The notes under the pieces are model-generated. The model made no database searches and had not been told where the DNA came from. It was given only the letters and a program-made list of their open reading frames with translations. A DNA stretch of 64,000 bases from positions 23,291 to 87,290 of the forward strand of contig JAOMEV010000002.1 of NCBI GenBank assembly GCA_028346125.1, read 5' to 3'. Both the position numbers and the translations under genes were made by a program. Positions 45,873 through 54,919 of the stretch are shown piece by piece; position 1 is the first letter of the stretch; every line of letters begins with the position of its first letter. The DNA comes from Bacteriovoracales bacterium. GTDB lineage: Bacteria; Bdellovibrionota; Bacteriovoracia; Bacteriovoracales; Bacteriovoracaceae.

Positions 45873-47153
45873 ATGTCAAAAATTGAAAAAGTCATCGCTA
45901 GACAGATTCTCGATTCAAGAGGAAATCCAACTGTTGAAGTCGATATCATTACTGATAAAGGGGTTCTTGGAAGGGCGGCAGTCCCTTCAGGTGCATCAAC
46001 AGGTTCGAGAGAGGCCTTAGAGCTTCGAGATAATGATAAATCATATTATCTTGGAAAATCAGTTTTGAAGGCCGTTGGTCATATTAAAGAAGAAATAGCT
46101 CCTTCAATTCAGGGTAAAGATGTTTTTGCTCAGGAAGAAATTGATAAAATAATGTTGGAAAAGGATGGGACAGAAAATAAGGCCAACCTTGGTGCCAATT
46201 CCATGTTGGCGGTGAGTATGGCCGTTTGTCGGGCAGCCGCTAATGAAGCTTCTATGCCTCTTTTTAAATATCTTCACGAGTCTCTTAAAGTTCCAACACC
46301 CGAGGGACAATTGCTTCTCCCTTCGCCTTTAATGAATATTATCAATGGTGGAGAGCACGCTTCTAATAATTTGGATATTCAAGAGTTTATGATACTTCCC
46401 CATTTAAAGAAGTCGTTTTCAGAAAATTTAAGGGCCGGAGTTGAAATTTTTCACAACCTGAAAAAGGTTTTAAATGAGAAAGGTCATTCCACTAATGTTG
46501 GAGATGAAGGTGGTTTTGCTCCGAATTTAAATTCACATGAAGAAGCACTTGATCTTATTTTGAAGGCGATTGAAAAGGCCGGTTACAAACCTGGAGAGGA
46601 AATCTCTTTGAGTCTTGATTCTGCTGCCAGTGAGTTTTATCAGGACGGTAAGTATAAAATGCAAGGAAAAGACTTCTCCTCAGAAGGGATGATTGAATAT
46701 TATTCAAATCTTTGTGAGCGTTACCCGATATATTCTATAGAGGACGGACTAAATGAGTCTGACTTTGATGGTTGGGTTAACCTGACTTCAAAGCTTGGAA
46801 GTAAGATTGTCCTTATTGGTGATGATCTTTTTGTGACAAATAAGAAGATCTTAAAAGAAGGAATTGAGAAGAAACAGGCCAATGCGATTTTAGTTAAAGT
46901 CAATCAGATTGGAACATTGACTGAAACTTTTGAAACGATGGACCTCGCTTATAAAAATAACTTTAAAGCAGTGGTCAGTCATAGGTCTGGGGAAACAGGA
47001 GATTCCTTTATCGCCGACTTGGCGGTGGCGACAGGATCGGGACATATAAAAACCGGATCGGCCAGCCGTTCTGACAGAATGGAAAAGTATAACCAGTTAC
47101 TAAGAATAGAAGAGCTTTTGGGAGAGAAGGCCCTTTATAGGCCAGTAAAGTAG
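45873..47153 (+). CDS. eno: enolase
   Basis: [72 protein letters not shown]. Confidence 0.95.
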   Translation: MSKIEKVIARQILDSRGNPTVEVDIITDKGVLGRAAVPSGASTGSREALELRDNDKSYYLGKSVLKAVGHIKEEIAPSIQGKDVFAQEEIDKIMLEKDGTENKANLGANSMLAVSMAVCRAAANEASMPLFKYLHESLKVPTPEGQLLLPSPLMNIINGGEHASNNLDIQEFMILPHLKKSFSENLRAGVEIFHNLKKVLNEKGHSTNVGDEGGFAPNLNSHEEALDLILKAIEKAGYKPGEEISLSLDSAASEFYQDGKYKMQGKDFSSEGMIEYYSNLCERYPIYSIEDGLNESDFDGWVNLTSKLGSKIVLIGDDLFVTNKKILKEGIEKKQANAILVKVNQIGTLTETFETMDLAYKNNFKAVVSHRSGETGDSFIADLAVATGSGHIKTGSASRSDRMEKYNQLLRIEELLGEKALYRPVK

Positions 47154-47186
47154 ACCCAAAAGTCTTCATAAAGGGAGATAGGGTCT

Positions 47187-48146
47187 TTGAAAAAAAAAGT
47201 TAATGATTTTTTCAGTGACTATCTCCTTTTCTCCCTTTTGTTCTCTTTGGGGCTATGGCTTTTTAACTTTGCTCTTTTTGAAGGTCACTTCTCTTCCCTT
47301 TTTTTTTCTTCTGTTAATCTTTTTTTTCATTTTCAGCTTTTGTATTTGGAATCTTATAAACTTTTGGAAGAAGAGTTTTGTTTCTTTGAAACACTTTTAG
47401 GTCAATTTGTTTTTTTGACTTTGGCCATTTGTGAAAGTGGAGCACCTCTTTTAGTCATTTCACTTGTTATTCCCATTTATGGGGCCTTGAGGCTTGAGGG
47501 AATTTATGGGTACTTTCCTTTATTAAAAGTGGAAGACCGTAATGACGTTAATAAACTTTTTTTTCATGACCTTGTTAATAAAACTCATGGTATGAAACTT
47601 TTCTTGAAAAGTAGAATTGATCAAAAAAAAGAAATGAGTGAAGAAGACTTGAAAGAATTGGTCAATGAGGTTGAAAGTTTACAGCTTTTAATTAAAGACC
47701 ACTTCAAAGAGCACCACAAAAATTTGGAATCTCTTGAAGATTATGTATCTTCGGAAAAGGCCCTTGAAGGAGTTAAGAGACTGGCCAATTATTTTCTTCC
47801 TGAAAAAGACATGAGTATTGTTTTTGAGAATCAGCTTATTCAAAATGAAGGATTTGTTCATTATCCTTCTTTTTATAGGATTTTTGGGAACCTTATAAAA
47901 AACATCGCAGATCATAAGGGATACAATATTAAAGTCTCTTTCGAGAGTAAAGGAGAGGGGTTATTCGTCGTTGTTCAAAACCAGTTTGATTCTTCAGCTC
48001 CTCCGCAGGATATAAGTAGAAGTTTTGGTATTCGTTCAATTGAAAAAAATTGTTTGGAGCAAGGGGGAACTTTTACTTTTAAGGTAGAGAATAAAGTGTG
48101 GGAAAGTGAAATTTGGATTCCCTTGCACCGTAGGGAGGCCAGTTAA
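47187..48146 (+). CDS. membrane histidine-kinase-like protein (AgrC/HPK10-like H-box and GHKL ATPase), no cognate regulator adjacent
   Basis: TTG start with AGGGAG RBS. 3-4 N-terminal TM helices. FFHDLVNKTHGM (H-box-like), IFGNLIKNIADH (N-box-like), GIRSIEKNCLEQGGTF (G-box-like). Confidence 0.5.
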   Translation: MKKKVNDFFSDYLLFSLLFSLGLWLFNFALFEGHFSSLFFSSVNLFFHFQLLYLESYKLLEEEFCFFETLLGQFVFLTLAICESGAPLLVISLVIPIYGALRLEGIYGYFPLLKVEDRNDVNKLFFHDLVNKTHGMKLFLKSRIDQKKEMSEEDLKELVNEVESLQLLIKDHFKEHHKNLESLEDYVSSEKALEGVKRLANYFLPEKDMSIVFENQLIQNEGFVHYPSFYRIFGNLIKNIADHKGYNIKVSFESKGEGLFVVVQNQFDSSAPPQDISRSFGIRSIEKNCLEQGGTFTFKVENKVWESEIWIPLHRREAS

Positions 48147-49303
48147 TGAGAGGTATTGGTCTTTTTATTCTATTCAATTTTTTAATGGCCTCTTCTTTTG
48201 GGGAAGAACTCAAACCTCTTTCAAGAACAATTAATGAGAAGGCCTTTTTAATAGGTTTAAATTCCTCTTTATTTAATACTACTGGTGTCTACAATGATTC
48301 AGGATCTTCTTATAAATTAAATCAAAGTGAACTCTTTCAAAAATATGATTATGGCCTCCTTTTAAAGTATGGTTTTTCGCGAGACCTGGAACTATTTGGC
48401 GATATTAATTTAAGGTCCATTATGGCCAAGACCTCAAGCGCGGAAAATACGGTTTTAGGTTTGGAGTCTTTTTCTTTGGGGACAAAGTACCAAATGAGGC
48501 CGATAGGTTCTTTGACATTTGCATGGGAAGCTTATTACCGAAAGACATTTTATTCGAAATCTCAAACAAGTACTTTAACTCTTGGAGACCCAGGCCAAGA
48601 GGTGGCAGTTCATTTTATTGGTAGCTATAGGGCCTTCGATCGTCAGTTTTTTTCCTTTCTTTTAGGTTATAAACGCCCAGCTAATGAGTTGAGTTCTGAA
48701 ATCCCTTATCTTATAGAGTCGGTTTGGACTAGGAATAAATGGAGTCTTTTTGTTGGCCTTGAGGGAAATATTTCTATGAATCAAGACCTTTATAGCTTAA
48801 ACCCTGGAACTAAGCCAGTGATTGAGGTGGCGTCTAACTCACCTTCTGAACTTTTTAATAGTATTAACAAAAAAGTTATGAATACTTACGGTAAAATTAG
48901 AAAAAACTTTGGGCGATGGAACCTGGAAGCAGGTTATAAAAAGGTTCTATCGGGACTTTCTACAGACATAGGTTGGCAGGCAGAAATGAGTTTGTCTTGG
49001 CAGACAGATGGAATAAGTGAGACTAAGAGGAAAAAGGAAAGGTTTAAAGAGTACGAGGTTGATGCTCTTATAACTAAAGTCTCTCCGCGAGGAGGGTTTG
49101 TTAAAATAGATAAGGGCCATCAGGATTATATTGAAAAAGGCATGAAGATGGACATTTATTATAGTGATTTTAAAGGAAAAAATGTCCTTGTTGGAAAGGG
49201 AATTATATATGAAACGAAGGCCAATTGGTCGGTTTTAAAAATAATAAAGAAGTATGTTGATCGGCCAATTAAAAAAGGTTTTATTGTTAGAGGTAGGCTT
49301 TAA
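48146..49303 (+). CDS. secreted protein, beta-rich (outer-membrane-like), unknown function
   Basis: Signal peptide MRGIGLFILFNFLMASSFG. Alternating beta-strand-like sequence. TAATG overlap with the upstream kinase-like gene. Confidence 0.45.
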   Translation: MRGIGLFILFNFLMASSFGEELKPLSRTINEKAFLIGLNSSLFNTTGVYNDSGSSYKLNQSELFQKYDYGLLLKYGFSRDLELFGDINLRSIMAKTSSAENTVLGLESFSLGTKYQMRPIGSLTFAWEAYYRKTFYSKSQTSTLTLGDPGQEVAVHFIGSYRAFDRQFFSFLLGYKRPANELSSEIPYLIESVWTRNKWSLFVGLEGNISMNQDLYSLNPGTKPVIEVASNSPSELFNSINKKVMNTYGKIRKNFGRWNLEAGYKKVLSGLSTDIGWQAEMSLSWQTDGISETKRKKERFKEYEVDALITKVSPRGGFVKIDKGHQDYIEKGMKMDIYYSDFKGKNVLVGKGIIYETKANWSVLKIIKKYVDRPIKKGFIVRGRL

Positions 49304-49408
49304 GAAAAAAATTCCGGCAAAGTATTCTTTTGGCCCTGTTGTAGGGGGCGCATTAAATCAGTTAAAATACTTATAAGTGTCTAATGGTCAAAACGAGGAT
49401 GTTGATCA

Positions 49409-50188
49409 ATGTTAAGGCTTATTTTAGTTATTGGGGTGCTTTGGTGTCAGTTAGTACAGGCCAAGAAGTTTGCAACTAAATATTGTGAGTTTGAGCTGCC
49501 TGCAGGCTGGGAATGCGTTTTAGAAGGACTGGAATGGGTTTGCCAAAGTTCTAGTAAAGATAGGAAAAAAGAAGCGATTATTATTTTGGCCGCAAAGTTG
49601 AGGGGATCTCAGGATTCGCTTGATCAGTATCAAACTTATTTGAAAAAGAGTAAGGCCTTTAAAGTTCCTGGACGGAAAACTCAAATTTCAGAACCTAAAT
49701 ATGCTTCAATGAAAATTATTAATCGTCATCAATGGATTGATGCTCTTCATTTAGCGAGTGAGGTCCCAGGTTTTTATACGAGATACTTGGCCACCGTTAA
49801 AGAGGATTTGGGTATTGCTGTTACTTTTTCTGTTTCCCGTGTCCACTATGCTTCCTACCAGTCTGTTTTTGACAGAATGGTATCTACGTTAAGAGTTTTT
49901 AGACAAAGAAAAAGTGCAAGTAAAAGCAATTTGAAGTTTAAGAAAAGAGGTGAAGACCTTCTCGGTGATACTACGTATATTCCTGATTCAGGGGATAAAT
50001 TTGATATTGGAACTCAAAAGAAACGAAGGAAAAAATCCGGCGGGATGGGTGATGACCTTATTTTCATTATTCTTGGTGTGCTCGCTGCAGCTGGAGGGGC
50101 GTTTTACTTTATAAGAAAACGAAAGGGACCTGAAGCTAAAAAGAAAAAGAAGAAGAAAAAGAAGAAAAAGAAAAAGAAAGTTGAGTAG
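49409..50188 (+). CDS. exported single-pass membrane protein with a C-terminal poly-lysine tail
   Basis: Signal peptide MLRLILVIGVLWCQLVQA. TM helix LIFIILGVLAAAGGAFYFI. The tail has 14 consecutive Lys then VE. Confidence 0.55.
   Translation: MLRLILVIGVLWCQLVQAKKFATKYCEFELPAGWECVLEGLEWVCQSSSKDRKKEAIIILAAKLRGSQDSLDQYQTYLKKSKAFKVPGRKTQISEPKYASMKIINRHQWIDALHLASEVPGFYTRYLATVKEDLGIAVTFSVSRVHYASYQSVFDRMVSTLRVFRQRKSASKSNLKFKKRGEDLLGDTTYIPDSGDKFDIGTQKKRRKKSGGMGDDLIFIILGVLAAAGGAFYFIRKRKGPEAKKKKKKKKKKKKKKVE
50138..50179 (+). repeat. 42-nt homopurine (AAA/AAG)14 tract encoding poly-Lys
   Basis: Direct reading of 50138..50179: only A and G, in frame with 49409..50188. Confidence 0.9.
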
Positions 50189-50190
50189 AG

Positions 50191-52218
50191 TTACTTTTCT
50201 TCTTCAAAGAATATCGGATAGGCCGTTTTTAAATATCTTGTTTCAATAATTTTAAAGAGACTTGTTTCACTATTTTGAGAAACATCATCTTGGTCTGTTT
50301 CATATTGGTCGAGTTCTTTTTCAAGTGCTTTATCTTCCGTGTGGCCCAGTCCCTTTTTCTTTTCTTCCTCCTCCTCCATGTCAAAGTCAAATTTGAAGTC
50401 GCCCCCTTTCGCTTTTGGCTTTGCAACAGCTTTAGATGGAGGAGGGGCCTTGGCTTTTGTCACTCCAGCGGCACCTCTTTTTGATTGAGGTTCCCTTTTA
50501 TCCATAATTTTTTTATCTTTGTCGAAGCTAAAGGCCTTGCTTTTTAAATCACTTGAAAGATTGTTATAGTCGTTTCTTAAATTACTGGCCAATGAGGCCT
50601 TTTGGTCAGCTATTTCTTTATCAAAATCGTAGGGCTTTTTACCGGACTGCTTGAGAAGTCTATTAACATTACCTCTAATGCTTTTATTAAGTTTTTTTAA
50701 ACGAGCAGCATTTTTATTATTGTTGGCCTCAGCAAGTAAGTTAGCACCTTCAATATTACCTTTATAGTACTGGTCCATAATTTGGCCGTTGGAGTCGACG
50801 ATATTTTTCATTGTGGTAGGTGTTTGAAAACCCTCAAAACTTATTGTTGGCATCCCAGATTTTTTACAACTTTTAGAGTTTTGACAATTACAGCTTGGGT
50901 CTGTTCTCACTTTTCCCACCCCTCCTGTGAAACATTGACCGTTAAGAGATTGTGCCGCCATTGTTGAGCTCATTGATCTTATGATAGGGGCCTGTGCAGA
51001 TTGGTTAATACCAGTTGTTGAAGTTATTTGGGAGTTGGCCTGTTGAAGTTGTTGCATAAGATTAAAGTATTGATTGGCCTGCTTTTCTAATTTACCGGCA
51101 CCTTTTTTTACCAAAGCGGTTGTTCCGCCTGCAAAGCCAGCAAAGGCAGCAAAAACTGCACCTCTAATGAAAGGTTGGGACCAAGCGGCTTTAAGAGTTG
51201 CCGTTATGGCCGTTGTTTTTGCAAGAACTGCGGCCAGAACGGCGGCTGAGAGGCCCATAGAAGCTCCTGATGCAATGGAAGCAACATTCTCAGGGTCTTT
51301 TGTGTCTTTATTTGAATTTTCTTCCTCTTCTTCTGCATGAACCTTAGGTACAATAAGCTCCATGGCGAAAACGAGAAGTTCAGATAAGTTTTTTGTAAAC
51401 TTAGTGCTATCTTGGGAAAGAACATTGGTGTTCTTTATTTGTTCGTATTCTTTGAGGCTCAATGACCGGACTTCCCCTTTGTAAAATCGAGTTTCTTCTT
51501 GAAGAAGTGTAAATGACTCTAAATCGTTTCTTCCAGAAGATAAGACCTTAGCAATTTTTTTTAAAGGGAGAGATTTTTGGATAAGGTTTTTGTCAATCCA
51601 TTCATCATTTTCTATACCTTCAAAGAGACCGGTGGGACCTACCGGAGGAGGCGCATGGCATGGACCAAGTGTATCAGGTCTACAAGGGCCAGGACAAACG
51701 GACATGGCAATACCTATAGCTCCTTCAATAAAAGCAACAGCAGATGCAACTCCCCATGTGATAGAAATGGACATGAGAAAGTTTCCTTTAAGTGCCGCTT
51801 TATTCGCGGCTTCCAGAGTTTGTTCGCCAGCGGCTTGGAGGGCAGTGACCTGTTTATCGGCCTCTGCGGATTTGTCGTAAATTTCCATTGCTTTTTCTGA
51901 AGCTGATTTATAAGTGGCCCAATTATAAATTTCTTGCCCTATAAAAAAGGCGGCACCAGCTGAAAAAATGATGGCCGAAGGTTTTTTTGGACAAGAAATA
52001 ACAAAAAAAGGTGCTAAGAGGACGGTGGCGAACATCATAATAGTTGTCATCGCTATTTCACCAACTTTTTCTCCCGTTGATTTTTTATCGATTTCTTCTT
52101 GGTAAATTACGGCTTCTTCTTGAGTCGTGGGACTATCCTGGGCGTAAAGATTATAATGAGGGCCAAAAGAGGTTAGTGTTAAAGAAAATATTAAAATTAG
52201 GGTAACAAATGTTTTCAA
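50191..52218 (-). CDS. multi-pass membrane protein with Cys/Pro-rich loop and charged C-terminal tail, unknown function
   Basis: Signal peptide, several Ala/Gly-rich TM helices, CPGPCRPDTLGPCHAPPPVGPTG, C-terminal Lys/Glu-rich region. No family recognised. Confidence 0.5.
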   Translation of the reverse strand: MKTFVTLILIFSLTLTSFGPHYNLYAQDSPTTQEEAVIYQEEIDKKSTGEKVGEIAMTTIMMFATVLLAPFFVISCPKKPSAIIFSAGAAFFIGQEIYNWATYKSASEKAMEIYDKSAEADKQVTALQAAGEQTLEAANKAALKGNFLMSISITWGVASAVAFIEGAIGIAMSVCPGPCRPDTLGPCHAPPPVGPTGLFEGIENDEWIDKNLIQKSLPLKKIAKVLSSGRNDLESFTLLQEETRFYKGEVRSLSLKEYEQIKNTNVLSQDSTKFTKNLSELLVFAMELIVPKVHAEEEEENSNKDTKDPENVASIASGASMGLSAAVLAAVLAKTTAITATLKAAWSQPFIRGAVFAAFAGFAGGTTALVKKGAGKLEKQANQYFNLMQQLQQANSQITSTTGINQSAQAPIIRSMSSTMAAQSLNGQCFTGGVGKVRTDPSCNCQNSKSCKKSGMPTISFEGFQTPTTMKNIVDSNGQIMDQYYKGNIEGANLLAEANNNKNAARLKKLNKSIRGNVNRLLKQSGKKPYDFDKEIADQKASLASNLRNDYNNLSSDLKSKAFSFDKDKKIMDKREPQSKRGAAGVTKAKAPPPSKAVAKPKAKGGDFKFDFDMEEEEEKKKGLGHTEDKALEKELDQYETDQDDVSQNSETSLFKIIETRYLKTAYPIFFEEEK

Positions 52219-52499
52219 GCTCTGACCTCATATAAATTAAGGACGGTTTCTTCTCTTGTCGACCAAAAGGTAACTAAATTTATTATAAATTTTAATTGGA
52301 GTTAACGGACAAAAAAAGTCGCGCTTTGAGATTTAATTTCTTAACTCAAGGAAAATCATACATAGGTGTTCAGGTAGTGAAATAAAATTTATTTAGAGGA
52401 AAAGTCCTCTTAATTTTGGCAGACGGTACTTAAAAAATTTAAAAAAAAGAGGATAACCGAAAAGGTAAGAAGAAGATAGGTTCAACAAAAGAGTTAAGT

Positions 52500-53441
52500 T
52501 TGAGTTCTCATGAAGCAGAAAATGTTTTTGAAAAAGTTCATTTAGGAAACCTTCTTCCCAATATTATCGCTCCATGTGGGCTTTATTTAAAATTTAAGGG
52601 AAAAGTGATTCCTGTTTTGAAAAAGGGGAGTCCTGTCAATTTAGATTTTTTAAACAGAATGTATTCTAACAGAATTTATTTTGCTCTTATAAAAAGTGAT
52701 GATAAAGGTTTGTGGGATGACTGGATTAAAAAAAGATTTCCTTTTTCTCAGGCGCTAACGTGGTTTCAAGTTCAAGAAAATAAGGAACTTATAAAGCAAA
52801 TAGCATCTTTTAAGTCCTATGCTTTTGATAAGATAAAGGTTTCCTCTGATGAGGTTTCTAACTATGAGAATTACCTAAAAGAACAGAATAAAATTTTTAA
52901 TCGCTTTATAAAGGATATCAATCTTCGGTGGTACTTTTCTAAACATTGGACTGAACAATCTTTTTTCCTCTCTTCCAAAATTAGTTATATCCTTATATTT
53001 TTTTTGGATTTCCTAAGAGAAAAAGGAAAGATCAAGAAAGATAAAGAAAATGAGAAAGGTGTTATTCAGTTTGCAATCGTCCATAACCCAGAAACGGAAA
53101 AAAGCATTATGGATAAAGAGAAGGAGCATGAAAGGGCCTCTCTTTATATAAAAACAAATAAAATTGTTGTAGGAAAAGAATTAGGAGTCTTTTTAAGAGA
53201 AAATTATGAGTTTTATAAAAACCTTAACAATAAATCTTTTGATTTAAATCAATTTACAATTTTTTATAAGAGTTTTTCACTCATTCAGGAATTTGAGAAA
53301 AATATGTCCAATATTCATGGCGGAAACAGAAAGGAAAGAATTGAAAAATCATTAGGCCCATTAAGATCACATGAAAGGATGGATGAAGAACTTGTCACTT
53401 TGTTTGAGGATTTTTTGAAAAGGATTGTATTTAAAATATGA
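52500..53441 (+). CDS. hypothetical protein, first gene of the cyclase operon; possibly a degenerate HD(-GYP)-like domain
   Basis: TTG start. ATGA overlap with the next gene. SKHWTEQSFF...FAIVHNPETEK...NIHGGNRKE loosely follows H...HD...HHExxDGxGYP spacing, with catalytic residues replaced. Confidence 0.5.
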   Translation: MSSHEAENVFEKVHLGNLLPNIIAPCGLYLKFKGKVIPVLKKGSPVNLDFLNRMYSNRIYFALIKSDDKGLWDDWIKKRFPFSQALTWFQVQENKELIKQIASFKSYAFDKIKVSSDEVSNYENYLKEQNKIFNRFIKDINLRWYFSKHWTEQSFFLSSKISYILIFFLDFLREKGKIKKDKENEKGVIQFAIVHNPETEKSIMDKEKEHERASLYIKTNKIVVGKELGVFLRENYEFYKNLNNKSFDLNQFTIFYKSFSLIQEFEKNMSNIHGGNRKERIEKSLGPLRSHERMDEELVTLFEDFLKRIVFKI

Positions 53442-54916
53442 AAGAAGAAACTATAGATCTTCCAAAAATTTTACAAAATTCATCTTTAAAAAAGGTACTT
53501 ACTTCTATACCTCTTCAAGTTTTTGATCAGGCCAATCAACTTATATTTCAAGGGGGGTCATGTGAGGGAATTCCAAAAGTAAGAGGCTTCCCATTATCTC
53601 TTTCCAGTGGAAATATTATTGGACTTATTAGAACTGAACGGAAATATAAAGAGGCCATTCTCAAAATAATAGGCAAGGAAATAGATAGATATTTTGACAG
53701 AGAAGAAATCGAACATTTTAAGGCCAGGCACGAAATTATCTATAAAGATTCTTTAAGGCTTTTAAGAAAGGGTTTCGTTAAAGATTTAAGTAAATTAGAA
53801 GGCCTTATAGTTCAATATTTAAATTTTTTTAGAAACTATTTCCTTTTTGAAGGCCTGCAGATTTACCTCGTAGATGCTGGTAATTTAATTTTTCCATTTA
53901 TGGAGTTTTCAGGCGATGGACCTAAATTTCAAGGAGAAGAGTTTTCTTTTGATTTTGGAGAAATGGCCCAATTTGTTGCTTCTGATAAAGAGTATATTTA
54001 TATTGAAAACTGTAAGGATAATGAGATTATAGAGGCCTTCTTTCCGGAAGAAAAACTAGAATTTAAGGGCCTTCTGGCAATGCCACTTAATCATGATGAA
54101 GAAAAAGTAGGGGCCATTATTTTTACTGATTTTTTTAAACCAAATTTGAATGAAAAAGAATTAGAAGAGATTAATTCTTTTATTTTTTTACTATCTAGAG
54201 TTTTCATGAACTTCAAGTCACAAGAAAGGCAAAAAAAAACCGATCTCATTTTTAAAGATTTAAAAAAATATGTTTCAAAAAAAATGGTGGAAATGAGAAG
54301 AGATAATGAGGGGTCTGTAGGAGGGGTAGAGAAGGATATTACTGTCTTATTTGGACAAATACACCAGTTCCAAAAAATTTACAATTCCTTGGGACCAAAA
54401 AAAATGATGTATCTCCTTAATATTCATTACGAGTTTTTAATTAAAATAGCAGAGTCGTTTGGAGGTAATGTTGATAAGGTTCTTGGCGAATCTCTGATGG
54501 TTGTATGGAATCATCCTTTTATTCAGGATGAACCGGAGCTTTTAGCTTTTGAGGCAGCAAAAAATATGATTGAATGTTCTTGTCATACCATAGGTCCTGT
54601 ATGGAAAAAACTTGGAATAAAAAATTATTCTTTTGGAATTGGAATTAATACAGGTAAGGCCGTTGCTGGTAACCTCGGAAGTAAAGATTTCATGGACTTC
54701 ACCGTGATTGGAGATACTGTAAATGTTGCCCAAAGATTGGAAACGAAGGCATCACCGTGGGAAGTTTTTATTCATAAAAATGTCGCTAAAAAAATAAAGA
54801 GTAAAATTGGAGTCCCTTTAAAAGAAGTAAAAGGGCTGAATTTAAAAGGTAAGGCAGAAGAAATGACAGCTTACTGTTTCACTGATCAAAATTTAACAGA
54901 TCCTTTTAAGGTGTAA
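53438..54916 (+). CDS. GAF-domain class III nucleotidyl cyclase homolog, C2-like (metal-binding Asp pair lost; Lys, Asn, Arg retained)
   Basis: ITVLFGQIHQF (Q307 at the first metal Asp position), DKVLGESLM (E351 at the second), IGDTVNVAQRLE (N429, R433 intact). The central region is GAF-like. Confidence 0.8.
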   Translation: MKEETIDLPKILQNSSLKKVLTSIPLQVFDQANQLIFQGGSCEGIPKVRGFPLSLSSGNIIGLIRTERKYKEAILKIIGKEIDRYFDREEIEHFKARHEIIYKDSLRLLRKGFVKDLSKLEGLIVQYLNFFRNYFLFEGLQIYLVDAGNLIFPFMEFSGDGPKFQGEEFSFDFGEMAQFVASDKEYIYIENCKDNEIIEAFFPEEKLEFKGLLAMPLNHDEEKVGAIIFTDFFKPNLNEKELEEINSFIFLLSRVFMNFKSQERQKKTDLIFKDLKKYVSKKMVEMRRDNEGSVGGVEKDITVLFGQIHQFQKIYNSLGPKKMMYLLNIHYEFLIKIAESFGGNVDKVLGESLMVVWNHPFIQDEPELLAFEAAKNMIECSCHTIGPVWKKLGIKNYSFGIGINTGKAVAGNLGSKDFMDFTVIGDTVNVAQRLETKASPWEVFIHKNVAKKIKSKIGVPLKEVKGLNLKGKAEEMTAYCFTDQNLTDPFKV

Positions 54917-54919
54917 AAG

